Positions 6,311-15,180 of a DNA stretch of 18,925 nt are shown piece by piece. The DNA lies in assembly GCA_040902005.1 (NCBI GenBank), contig JBBDYA010000079.1:1-18925 (forward strand), given 5' to 3'. The notes beneath the pieces are model-generated. The model saw only the letters and a list, made by a program, of their open reading frames with translations, was not told where the DNA came from and did not search any database. Position 1 is the stretch's first letter. Each line of letters begins with the position of its first letter. The DNA is from Gemmatimonadaceae bacterium. Its GTDB lineage: Bacteria > Gemmatimonadota > Gemmatimonadetes > Gemmatimonadales > Gemmatimonadaceae. The translations under genes and the position numbers were made by a program.

Positions 6311-9093
6311 GCAAGCGCGTTTCGGACCTGGCTAGCGAATTCAAGCTTTCGTCTGACGAGGTGATCGGTCTGCTTCGTCAGATGGATGTTGCCGTTCGCG
6401 GCCCCACGAGTTCGTTGAGCGACGACCAGGTGTCTCGCATCCGCCTGCGCTGGGAGCGCGAGAAGCGGCAGCGCGCCGACAAGGCGGCGGCACCGGCCGC
6501 GCCCGCGCGACGTCGCAAGGCTGCCGCAGGCGCGCCGGACACCGCCGCTGCCGCCGCTGCCGACGGTGGTACGTCGAAGAAGACCGGTGCCAAGACCGCC
6601 AAGTCAAAATCCCCCAAGGCGACCAGGACGGCGAAAGCCAAGGCCGAGACGCCGGCATCCACTGCGATCGAGACGGCGACGCCCGGCGTTCGCCGGCGCA
6701 AGCGCGCCGACATCGTGGTTGCACCCGTGGAGGAGCTGGTGCCCGAGCAGGACGTCGCTCAGCAGCCGGCCGAGGTCACCACCGGGGAGACGTACTCCAC
6801 GGCGGAGGTGCACGACGACGCGCCACGCGAGACCGCCGCTGAACAGGCGTCTCCGGCCCGCGAACCCGTGCGCGAGCAGCCCGCCGCGCGCGATCCGCAG
6901 TCGCCACCGATGCCGTCCGTCACGTATTCGTCCGGCGGCGGCTCGAGTGCCGCGCCGGGCCGGCCGCGTCCGCGTCCCGTGACCCCGGGCGCACCTCGGC
7001 CACGCCCCGTGGCCAGCAGCAGCGGCTTCATGCCACCGCGCCCCGTCGCCTCCGCGACGCCGGGCGGGGCGAACACGTCCCGCCGCGACGAGCGTAAGCC
7101 AGGCGGACCGTCCACCGCCGGCACTGGCGCGCCCGCCGGACGCCGACGCAAGGGCAAGCGCGGCGCGGTGGATCAGGAAGCGATTGATGCAAACGTCTCC
7201 AAGACGCTCGCCGCCATGCGCGGCGGGCCGCAGCGTCGCAGTGCCAGCGACATGCGGCGCGAAGTGCGCGAAGGCCGCGAGGCGGGCATTGCCGAGGCCG
7301 CGGAGCGGGAGAAGAAGATCATCCGCGTGAACGAGTTCATCACCGTCTCGGAACTCGCGCAGATCCTCAAGCTGCCCGCGACGGAGATCGTTGGATTCGC
7401 GTTCAAGAACATGGGGTTGATGGTGACTATCAACCAGCGGCTCGACTTCGACCAGATCGAGCTGATCGCGGGCGAGTTCGGGTTCCAGGCCGTGCGCGAA
7501 GACGAGTATCAGGCGGAAGACGCGCTCACCGTCGTCGCCGACCTGGTCGAGGATCTCAAGTCGCGGCCGCCAGTCGTCACGATCATGGGTCACGTGGACC
7601 ACGGCAAGACGTCGCTGCTCGATCACATCCGCAAGGCGAACGTGATGGCCGGCGAGGCCGGTGGCATCACGCAGCACATCGGTGCCTATCACGTCACGGT
7701 CGGCAAGGGGAAGAGTATCACCTTCCTCGACACCCCGGGCCACGAAGCGTTCACCGCGATGCGCGCGCGCGGCGCTCAGGTGACCGACATCGTCGTGCTG
7801 GTGGTGGCCGCGGACGATTCCGTCATGCCGCAGACGATCGAGGCCATCTCGCACGCCAAGAACGCCGGCGTCCCGATCGTGGTCGCGATCAACAAGGTCG
7901 ACCTGCCGCAGGCGAATCCCGGCAAGGTGAGGCAGGAGCTGCTGTCGCATGGGGTCGTGCTCGAGGAATTCGGCGGGCAGACGCTCTCAGCGGAAATCTC
8001 CGCGAAGAAGGGCACCGGCATCGACAAGCTGCTCGACGCCCTGCTCCTGCAGGCGGAGTTGCAGGACATGAAGGCCAATCCCGATCGCCGCGGCGCCGGC
8101 ACCGTCATCGAGGCGCAGCTGGATCCGGGGAAGGGTCCCGTTGCCACGGTGCTGGTCCAGAGCGGCACGCTGCGCGTGGGCGATGACTTCATCACCGGCA
8201 TGTACGCGGGTCGGGTGCGCGCGCTGATGGACGAACGCGGCAAGGCGGTGAAGGAAGCGACCCCCGGCATCCCCGTGCAGGTGCTCGGCGCCGAGGGCGT
8301 GCCCATGGCCGGCGACCAGTTGCTCGTCGTCGAGGAATCGTCGGCGTCGCGCGAAATCGCGCAGCGCCGCCAGCGGCTGGACCGTGAGGCGAAGAGCCGG
8401 CGCGGCGGTCGCGGCGTATCGCTCGAGGACTTCATGGCCCAGACCTCGCCCGGCGACATGCGCACGCTCCAGATCGTCATCAAGGCGGACCAGGGCGGTC
8501 CGGCCGAAGCGCTGGCGGATGCCCTGCAGCAGCTGTCCACCGCCGAGGTGCAGGTCGAGATCATCCACCGCGCCGTCGGCGCCATCAGCGAGAGCGACAT
8601 TCTGCTCGCGAAGGCCGCCAAGAACGCGATCATCATCGGATTCCACGTCCGTCCGGACAACAACGCGCGCGCGGCGGCCGAGCGCGAGGGCGTGGACATC
8701 AAGCTGTATCGCATCATCTACGAGGCCGTCAACGACGTGCGGGCCGCGCTCGAAGGCATGCTGCGCCCCGAGCAGCGCGAGGTGATCGTCGGCGAAGCGC
8801 AGGTGCGCGAGGTATTCAAGATCTCGAAGATCGGAACCATCGCGGGATGCATCGTGCGCAGCGGCCTGATCAACCGCCAGTCGCGCGTGCGCGTCGTCCG
8901 TGACGGGGTGGAGGTGTATGAAGGCAACATCTCCTCGCTCAAACGCTTCAAGGACGACGTCCGGGAAGTGCGCGAAGGGTTCGAGTGCGGCATCGGCGTC
9001 GAGAACTTCAACGACATCAAGGTCAATGACGTGATCGAGTGCTTCCGTACCGAGCAGGTCGCCCGCACGCTCGCGGACAGTGCCGCCCAGTAG
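6307..9093 (+). CDS. infB: Translation initiation factor IF-2
   Basis: Motifs PPVVTIMGHVDHGKTSLLD, GEAGGITQHIGAY, DTPGHEAF, NKVD and GFECGI. TTG start in a TTGA overlap, with purine-rich SD-like sequence upstream. Confidence 0.98.
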   Translation: MSKRVSDLASEFKLSSDEVIGLLRQMDVAVRGPTSSLSDDQVSRIRLRWEREKRQRADKAAAPAAPARRRKAAAGAPDTAAAAAADGGTSKKTGAKTAKSKSPKATRTAKAKAETPASTAIETATPGVRRRKRADIVVAPVEELVPEQDVAQQPAEVTTGETYSTAEVHDDAPRETAAEQASPAREPVREQPAARDPQSPPMPSVTYSSGGGSSAAPGRPRPRPVTPGAPRPRPVASSSGFMPPRPVASATPGGANTSRRDERKPGGPSTAGTGAPAGRRRKGKRGAVDQEAIDANVSKTLAAMRGGPQRRSASDMRREVREGREAGIAEAAEREKKIIRVNEFITVSELAQILKLPATEIVGFAFKNMGLMVTINQRLDFDQIELIAGEFGFQAVREDEYQAEDALTVVADLVEDLKSRPPVVTIMGHVDHGKTSLLDHIRKANVMAGEAGGITQHIGAYHVTVGKGKSITFLDTPGHEAFTAMRARGAQVTDIVVLVVAADDSVMPQTIEAISHAKNAGVPIVVAINKVDLPQANPGKVRQELLSHGVVLEEFGGQTLSAEISAKKGTGIDKLLDALLLQAELQDMKANPDRRGAGTVIEAQLDPGKGPVATVLVQSGTLRVGDDFITGMYAGRVRALMDERGKAVKEATPGIPVQVLGAEGVPMAGDQLLVVEESSASREIAQRRQRLDREAKSRRGGRGVSLEDFMAQTSPGDMRTLQIVIKADQGGPAEALADALQQLSTAEVQVEIIHRAVGAISESDILLAKAAKNAIIIGFHVRPDNNARAAAEREGVDIKLYRIIYEAVNDVRAALEGMLRPEQREVIVGEAQVREVFKISKIGTIAGCIVRSGLINRQSRVRVVRDGVEVYEGNISSLKRFKDDVREVREGFECGIGVENFNDIKVNDVIECFRTEQVARTLADSAAQ

Positions 9094-9460
9094 CCGCCGT
9101 GCCGACCGGGTCGCGGCGGCGATCCGGGAAGAGGTGGCCACCTTCCTGCGCGAGGGGGCCAAGGACCCACGCCTGATTGCGCTCGTCACCGTGACTGGCG
9201 CGGAAGTCACGCCCGACCTCCGCCATGCGCGCGTCTTCGTCAGCATGATGGGCACCGACGCGGAGCGCGCGGCCACCGTGGACGCGCTGGACAGCATGGC
9301 GAGTCACCTGCGCCCGCGCGTGGGGCGCGCGCTCCGATTGCGCGTCGCGCCCGAGATCTCCTTCAGGCTGGACGAAAGCGTCGCGCACGCGGCGCGCATC
9401 GAATCCCTGCTTGCCCAGGTCCGCGACCCGAAGACGGGCGATGACGGAACGGACGCCTGA
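9080..9460 (+). CDS. rbfA: 30S ribosome-binding factor RbfA
   Basis: RADRVAAAIREEV, KDPRL, TVTGAEVTPDLRHARVFVS and LRVAPEISFRLDES; directly after infB. Confidence 0.95.
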   Translation: MPPSSRRADRVAAAIREEVATFLREGAKDPRLIALVTVTGAEVTPDLRHARVFVSMMGTDAERAATVDALDSMASHLRPRVGRALRLRVAPEISFRLDESVAHAARIESLLAQVRDPKTGDDGTDA

Positions 9461-10301
9461 CGGGCTGCTGCTCGTCGACAAACCGGCGGGCATCACGTCG
9501 CACACCGCGGTCGAGCGCGTGCGACGACATCTGGGCATCCGACGCATCGGGCATGCCGGGACGCTCGACCCATTCGCGACCGGACTGCTGATCCTCCTCA
9601 TCGGACGCGCCACCCGGCTGTTGCCCTACCTGGACGCCGAGCCAAAAGTGTATCGCGTGACCATCCGGTTCGGTCTGCGGACCACCACCGACGACCTCAC
9701 GGGCGACCCGATGCAGGAGGCGCCGCCGCCTGATCAACCGGCCGTCGAGCGCGCGATCGGATCGCTCACCGGGCACCTCGTGCAGCGCCCGCCGGCGTTT
9801 TCCGCCAAGAGCGTCGGGGGCGTTCGCGCCTATCGCGCCGCGCGCCGCGGAGCCCCGCTCGCGCTGGAACCGGTCGGCGTCACCGTCCACGGATGGACCG
9901 TGCTTGGGCGCACCGGACCGGATCTCGAGGTCGAGATTGTCTGCAGTGGCGGCACGTACGTGCGCGCGCTGGCGCGCGACCTCGGCGATTCCACGGGGAG
10001 CGGGGCGCATGTCGCTGCGCTCCGGCGAACCGGCAGCGGACGCTTTCGCGTCGAGCAGGCACAGACCCTCGAACAGATCGAGCGCGGGGAGTGCGCGATG
10101 CATCCCCCCGCGGACGCGGTGCGCCAACTGCGGCATCAGGCGCTCGACGACCTCGACGCCAAACGGGTGGTCCACGGACAGAGCATCGCCGCCCTGGCCT
10201 CCGGCGATGTCGTGGCGCTCTCCCATCACGACGATCTGCTCGCGATCGGTGTGCGGGATGGCGAGACCTTCCGGCCGAAGGTGGTGATGCGCGATGCCTG
10301 A
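9441..10301 (+). CDS. truB: tRNA pseudouridine(55) synthase TruB
   Basis: Motifs GLLLVDKPAGITSH, GHAGTLDPFATGLL, QRPPAFSAK and CSGGTYVRALARD; ATG at 9441. Confidence 0.95.
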   Translation: MTERTPDGLLLVDKPAGITSHTAVERVRRHLGIRRIGHAGTLDPFATGLLILLIGRATRLLPYLDAEPKVYRVTIRFGLRTTTDDLTGDPMQEAPPPDQPAVERAIGSLTGHLVQRPPAFSAKSVGGVRAYRAARRGAPLALEPVGVTVHGWTVLGRTGPDLEVEIVCSGGTYVRALARDLGDSTGSGAHVAALRRTGSGRFRVEQAQTLEQIERGECAMHPPADAVRQLRHQALDDLDAKRVVHGQSIAALASGDVVALSHHDDLLAIGVRDGETFRPKVVMRDA

Positions 10302-11280
10302 GCCCTACGAGTCGGCATCGGGCGGCCCCGGCAACACCGGCACGGTCATCACCGTGGGTACCTTCGACGGCGTGCATCGCGGGCACGCGCTGGTGCTGCA
10401 ACGCACGGCGGACGCCGCGCGCCGTGCCGGGCTGGCGAGTGTGGTCCTGACGTTCGATCCGCATCCCCTGGATGTCGTGAATCCGTCGGCGGCGCCCCCG
10501 CTGCTCACCCTCTGGGACGAAAAGCTCGAGGTGCTCGCGCTCACGCCGGTCGACTACGTGGCCGTCGTGCCGTTCACCACGGAGCTCGCGTCGTACACGC
10601 CCGAGGAGTTCGTCCAGCGCGTGCTGATCGACCGGTACGCCATGCGGTCGCTGCTCATCGGCCACGATCACGGATTCGGCCGCGGCCGCGCGGGTGACGT
10701 CGAGTCGCTGCGCATGATCGGGCACCGCAAGGGATTTCCGGTCGAGGTCGTCGGCGCGGTACTCGGGTCCGACGGCACGGCGATCTCGTCCACGAGCATC
10801 CGCCGCGCGGTGGCCCACGGCGATCTGCCGCGGGCGTCAGACGGTCTGGGCCGGCGATACTCGCTGTCGGCGCGCGTCGTGTCCGGCGAGGGTCGGGGAC
10901 GTCTGCTCGGCTTCCCGACCCTGAACCTCGAACTGCCCAGCCGCCGGAAACTCCTGCCACCCCACGGCGTCTACGCGGTGCGCGTGGAAGGAAGGTTCGG
11001 CCACCATGGCGGCATGATGAACCTCGGTCCGCGGCCGACGTTCGGCGACGACGCCGTCACGCTGGAAGTGCACCTCTTCGGGGCGGACGGTGACTGGTAC
11101 GGCCAGTCCGTGCGGGTCGAATTCATCGCCCGCCTGCGCGACACGATGCGATTTTCCGGCCCATCCGAACTGGTCGAGCAGCTGAAGAACGATGCGGAAA
11201 AGGCCCAGGCCGCGTTGACGTCGCTTGTGCCCTCGGCTAACCTGAAAGGTTCCGGGACAAACACTTCCTCCCTCTCGTAG
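10294..11280 (+). CDS. ribF: Bifunctional riboflavin kinase / FAD synthetase
   Basis: Motifs GTFDGVHRGH, LTFDPHP, ISSTSIR, GRGRLLGFPTLN, GVYAV and EVHLF. Confidence 0.96.
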   Translation: MPEPYESASGGPGNTGTVITVGTFDGVHRGHALVLQRTADAARRAGLASVVLTFDPHPLDVVNPSAAPPLLTLWDEKLEVLALTPVDYVAVVPFTTELASYTPEEFVQRVLIDRYAMRSLLIGHDHGFGRGRAGDVESLRMIGHRKGFPVEVVGAVLGSDGTAISSTSIRRAVAHGDLPRASDGLGRRYSLSARVVSGEGRGRLLGFPTLNLELPSRRKLLPPHGVYAVRVEGRFGHHGGMMNLGPRPTFGDDAVTLEVHLFGADGDWYGQSVRVEFIARLRDTMRFSGPSELVEQLKNDAEKAQAALTSLVPSANLKGSGTNTSSLS

Positions 11281-11284
11281 CACC

Positions 11285-12946
11285 ATGGCAAAGCTGAAGT
11301 ACCGCTTGCTCTTCATCGGCGCGATGATCCTTGCGTCGGCCTGGGCGCTCTTTCCGCGCGACGTGACCGTGAAGCGCCGCGGCGCGGATGGCCTCCTCCA
11401 CGAAACCGTCGAGCGGCGCGTGCCGCTCCGGCGCGGGCTGGATCTGCAGGGCGGGATGTATCTCTTGCTCGAGGTGGACGATGCCAGGCAGGTCGTCGCG
11501 GACAAACCCGACGCCATCAATCGCGCGGTGACGACGGTTCGCAACCGCATCGACGGTCTTGGCGTCTCCGAGGCGGTTGTGCAGAAATCCGGCACCGAGC
11601 GGATTGAAGTGCTGTTGCCCGGCGAGCACGACCAGCAGCGCGCGGTGGACATCATTCGGGAGCAGGCCTTTCTCCAGTTCCAGATCACCGACAAGTCACA
11701 GGCGTTGGAGCGCGCACTGCCGCGGCTCGATGCGCTGGTAAAGCAGCGGGGCCTCGCGGTGGCGACGGCGGCCACGACCCCTGCGACTCCACCGGCATCA
11801 CGCGGCCTTCAGGGCTTGCTGAATCCAACTGACACCGCCGCCGGCGCGACCGCGCAGGGTGCCGACTCCGCGACGGCGGACAGCATCGTTGCTGGTGGCG
11901 GCGCGATCTCGAACATCATTCAGCAGGGTGGGATTCCGGGCGAGTACTTCGTGCGCGATCGGGATGTCGTGGCGCTTCAGCGCTATCTCGCCGACACCGT
12001 CGTGCGCACCGCGATTCCACCAGGCAAGGAGCTCCTCTGGGGGAGCGACTCGTCGGTCATCGCGGGATCGCTTTACCGCTCCATCTATGTGGTCGATGCG
12101 CGCCCGCTCATCACCGGCGAACATCTCACGGACGCGCGGCCCAATACTTCGCCGCTCGAGGGTACGATCGTCCAATTCACCCTGGACAACGTGGGCGGCC
12201 GTCGCTTCCGGAACGAAACGGGCAAGAACATCGGCAACTACATGGCGATCGTGCTGGACGACCGCGTGATGGGCCGGCCGCCGGTCATCCAGGGTGCCAT
12301 CTCGACGAACGGCCAGATTACCATGGGGGGTCGCGATCTTGCCGCGGCGCAGGATCTCGCGCTGGTCCTGCGCGCCGGCGCCCTGCCGGTGCCGCTCCGC
12401 GTCGCCGAGGTGCGCAACATCGGCCCCAGCCTCGGGCAGGATTCGATCGAGAAGGGGGTACGCGCGGGTTCGCTCGGGCTCCTGCTCGTCGTGGTGATCA
12501 TGGTGGTCTACTACCGATTCTCTGGAGTGCTGTCGGTGCTCGGGCTCATGTTCTACGCACTCACCACGCTGGCGTTTCTCGCCGCGTTCGGCGCGATTAT
12601 CACCCTGCCCGGCATCGCCGGCTTCATCCTCTCCATCGGCATGGCCGTGGACGCCAACTTCCTCCAGTTCGAGCGCATTCGCGAGGAACTCGATCGCGGA
12701 AAAACGGTGCGGACCGCGGTGGATGAAGGATTCAAGAATTCCCTCAGCGCCATCGTGGACTCGAGCGTGACCACGGCGCTCACCGGCGCGGTGCTGTACC
12801 AGTACGGCACGGGGCCGGTGCGGGGCTTTGCCGTGACGCTCGTCGTCGGCGTTCTGTCGTCCATGCTCAGCGCGATCTTCGTGGTACGGACCTTCATGCT
12901 TCTCTGGCTGTCGCGGTCGCGCGGCACAAAACCCCTGAGCATCTGA
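11285..12946 (+). CDS. secD: Protein translocase subunit SecD
   Basis: Motifs GLDLQGG, RNRIDGLGVSE, LRAGALP, IGPSLG, TLPGIAG and IGMAVDAN...ERIREE. Confidence 0.97.
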   Translation: MAKLKYRLLFIGAMILASAWALFPRDVTVKRRGADGLLHETVERRVPLRRGLDLQGGMYLLLEVDDARQVVADKPDAINRAVTTVRNRIDGLGVSEAVVQKSGTERIEVLLPGEHDQQRAVDIIREQAFLQFQITDKSQALERALPRLDALVKQRGLAVATAATTPATPPASRGLQGLLNPTDTAAGATAQGADSATADSIVAGGGAISNIIQQGGIPGEYFVRDRDVVALQRYLADTVVRTAIPPGKELLWGSDSSVIAGSLYRSIYVVDARPLITGEHLTDARPNTSPLEGTIVQFTLDNVGGRRFRNETGKNIGNYMAIVLDDRVMGRPPVIQGAISTNGQITMGGRDLAAAQDLALVLRAGALPVPLRVAEVRNIGPSLGQDSIEKGVRAGSLGLLLVVVIMVVYYRFSGVLSVLGLMFYALTTLAFLAAFGAIITLPGIAGFILSIGMAVDANFLQFERIREELDRGKTVRTAVDEGFKNSLSAIVDSSVTTALTGAVLYQYGTGPVRGFAVTLVVGVLSSMLSAIFVVRTFMLLWLSRSRGTKPLSI

Positions 12947-13932
12947 TGCTGCGCGTCCTTCACAACACCAAGTTCAATTTCATCGACGGCTGGCGGGTCA
13001 CGTCGGTCATCATCGCCATCTTTCTGATACCCGGCCTGCTGTGGGCGGCTATCGACGGCTTCGAGGTGGGGATCGAGTTCACGGGCGGCACCGTTGTGCA
13101 GTACGAGTTCCAGGCGCCGCCGGATCTCGCCGTGGTCCGAAGCACCGTCACCGCGGCCGGCTTCGCCGGCTCCGAAGTGCAGACCTTCGGTGCACCCAAC
13201 GAGATCGTCGTGCGGGCGCAGGATCTCGAGGCGGAAGAGCAGGGCGAGACCGTGGCCACGCAAGTGACCAACGCGCTGCGCGAACAGTTCGGCGCGGACG
13301 CGTTCCGCGTCGTCCGGACCGAGGGGATTGGACCGCGCGTGGGTGCCGAGCTGCGTCGCAACGCCATCATCGCGATGCTTATCTCCTTCGCCGTGACGCT
13401 GATGTACCTCGCGTGGCGGTTCGATGGCCGGCTGGCGCTCGCCGCCGTGGCGGCCAATGTCCATGACATCGTCGCCACTTTTGCGTTCATCAAGTACATG
13501 CAGATCGAGATGTCGCTGTTCGTGGTCGGCGGCATCCTCACCGTCATCGGCTACTCCCTCAACGACAAGGTCGTCGTCTTCGACCGCGTGCGCGAGCTGC
13601 TGCGTCAGGCGATCCGGCGTCCCTTGAGCGACACGTTGAATGCCGCGATCAACCAGACGCTGCCGCGCACGGTGCTCACCGGCACTACGGTCATCGCGTG
13701 TCTGGTCTCGCTCATCGTTCTTGGAGGCGAAGTCCTGCGTCCATTCGCCTGGGTGCTTTTCTTCGGTATCATCGTCGGCACGTTCAGCTCCATCTACGTG
13801 GCATCGCCGATCCTGCTGCTCATCGAGCGGAAGTGGCCGCGCCACGAGGGCGAGACCAAGGGCATGTCCCGCGCCCTGGCAGAGGAGCGGCGCAGCGAGC
13901 GCAAACAGAAGGTGCCCGCCGGCAAGCAGTAA
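12946..13932 (+). CDS. secF: Protein translocase subunit SecF
   Basis: Motifs GIEFTGG, IGPRVGAEL, HDIV, IGYSLND...FDRVRE and GTFSSIYVA. Confidence 0.97.
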   Translation: MLRVLHNTKFNFIDGWRVTSVIIAIFLIPGLLWAAIDGFEVGIEFTGGTVVQYEFQAPPDLAVVRSTVTAAGFAGSEVQTFGAPNEIVVRAQDLEAEEQGETVATQVTNALREQFGADAFRVVRTEGIGPRVGAELRRNAIIAMLISFAVTLMYLAWRFDGRLALAAVAANVHDIVATFAFIKYMQIEMSLFVVGGILTVIGYSLNDKVVVFDRVRELLRQAIRRPLSDTLNAAINQTLPRTVLTGTTVIACLVSLIVLGGEVLRPFAWVLFFGIIVGTFSSIYVASPILLLIERKWPRHEGETKGMSRALAEERRSERKQKVPAGKQ

Positions 13933-14703
13933 ATGGCCCGTTTCATCGACAGCCACGTCCATTTGGGCGACGCGGCCTTCGACGAAGACCGGCCGGCAGT
14001 GATCGAGCGCGCGCGCCTCACGGGTGCGCGCGCTTTGATTTGCATCGGCGAGTCCATCGCGGCCGCCGCGCGCGCGCGCGACCTGGCGCGCGCCTATCCG
14101 GACTTCGTCCATTTCACCGTCGGCGTGCACCCGCATGACGCCGCGACCTTCGACGACCCGCGCGACGCGGCGGCGATTCGCGCCGCGGTGGCGGAGGGCG
14201 CCGTGGGCATCGGCGAGTGCGGACTGGACTACCACTACGATCATTCGCCGCGGGAACGGCAGATCACTGCCTTCGAGCGCCAGATCGCCCTGGCGGAGGA
14301 ACTCGGCAAGCCGCTGGTGGTGCACACGCGCGAAGCCACGGACGATACGCGCGCCATGGTGGCTGATGCCGGCCGCCGGGGTATTACCGGCGTACTGCAT
14401 TGTTTTACCGGCCCCCGCGAGCTCGCCAGCGCGGCGCTCGACGCCGGGTGGTACCTCTCGTTCAGCGGGGTCATCACGTTCAAGAAATGGACGGACGACG
14501 CGCTGCTGCGCCTTCCGCCGGCGGATCGCCTCCTGGTCGAATCCGATGCGCCGTATCTCGCGCCCGTCCCGCATCGCGGAAAACGCAACGAGCCTGCCTG
14601 GGTCTCGCTGACCGTGGCAAAGCTGGCGGCGGCGCGTGGCGTCGCGGTGGATTCGGTCGGTGCCTCGACCAGCGACAACGCCGTGCGGTTCTTCCGGCTC
14701 TGA
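13933..14703 (+). CDS. TatD family metal-dependent hydrolase/DNase
   Basis: Motifs DSHVH, GVHPH, IGECGLDYH, VHTRE, LHCF and ESDAPYLAPVPHRGKRNEP. Confidence 0.95.
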   Translation: MARFIDSHVHLGDAAFDEDRPAVIERARLTGARALICIGESIAAAARARDLARAYPDFVHFTVGVHPHDAATFDDPRDAAAIRAAVAEGAVGIGECGLDYHYDHSPRERQITAFERQIALAEELGKPLVVHTREATDDTRAMVADAGRRGITGVLHCFTGPRELASAALDAGWYLSFSGVITFKKWTDDALLRLPPADRLLVESDAPYLAPVPHRGKRNEPAWVSLTVAKLAAARGVAVDSVGASTSDNAVRFFRL

Positions 14704-14722
14704 CGAACGGGCACGGGTGGGG

Positions 14723-14731
14723 TGCTATAAT
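14723..14731 (+). promoter_or_regulatory. Extended -10 promoter (TGnTATAAT) upstream of ridA-selD-selC
   Basis: A perfect TG-c-TATAAT sits in the 59-nt tatD-ridA gap, which stands out in high-GC DNA. A GGAG SD at 14750-14753 follows. Confidence 0.7.
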
Positions 14732-14762
14732 CCACCATCACTTTCGACCGGAGCCCATTGCC

Positions 14763-15146
14763 GTGCCGCTGAAGCCCATCCTGACCGATCAGGCGCCGAC
14801 CGCGATCGGTCCATACTCGCAGGGGATTGTCGCCAACGGATTCCTCTTCACCGCCGGGCAGATTCCACTCGATCCTGCCACGGGACAAGTCATCAAGGGT
14901 GACATCCGGGCGCAGACGGAACGCGTCCTTCAGAACCTGGCGGCCGTGCTCGGCGCCGCCGGTGCGTCGTGGCGCCACGTGGTGAAGACCACCGTGTTTC
15001 TGTACGACATCAATGATTTTCCCGTGGTGAACGAGGTCTACGGCAACGCGCTTGGCGAGTCGCGGCCCGCCCGTTCCACGGTGCAGGTGGCGGGACTGCC
15101 GCGCGGCGTGCTCGTCGAGATCGACGCGATTGCGGAACTGCCCTGA
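14763..15146 (+). CDS. ridA: RidA family enamine/imine deaminase (YjgF/YER057c/UK114)
   Basis: The C-terminal part of track ORF 14400..15146, from GTG 14763. Motifs APTAIGPYSQG, AGQIPLDP, VVKTTVFL, PARSTVQV (catalytic Arg) and LPRGVLVEIDAIA. Confidence 0.93.
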   Translation: MPLKPILTDQAPTAIGPYSQGIVANGFLFTAGQIPLDPATGQVIKGDIRAQTERVLQNLAAVLGAAGASWRHVVKTTVFLYDINDFPVVNEVYGNALGESRPARSTVQVAGLPRGVLVEIDAIAELP

Positions 15147-15180
15147 ACGTCCGGAGCATCGAACACTCCAGGAGGATCCC

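Noticed and set aside
3801..6344. 847-aa antisense ORF opposite rimP-nusA-L7Ae
   Set aside because: A shadow ORF expected from GC3-biased codons on the sense strand. It has no recognisable motifs and an Arg/Pro/Leu-rich composition.
12553..14574. 673-aa antisense ORF, and similar ORFs at 1844-2938, 6604-7950, 7987-9297 and 15010-16470
   Set aside because: Shadow ORFs opposite well-supported genes in high-GC DNA.
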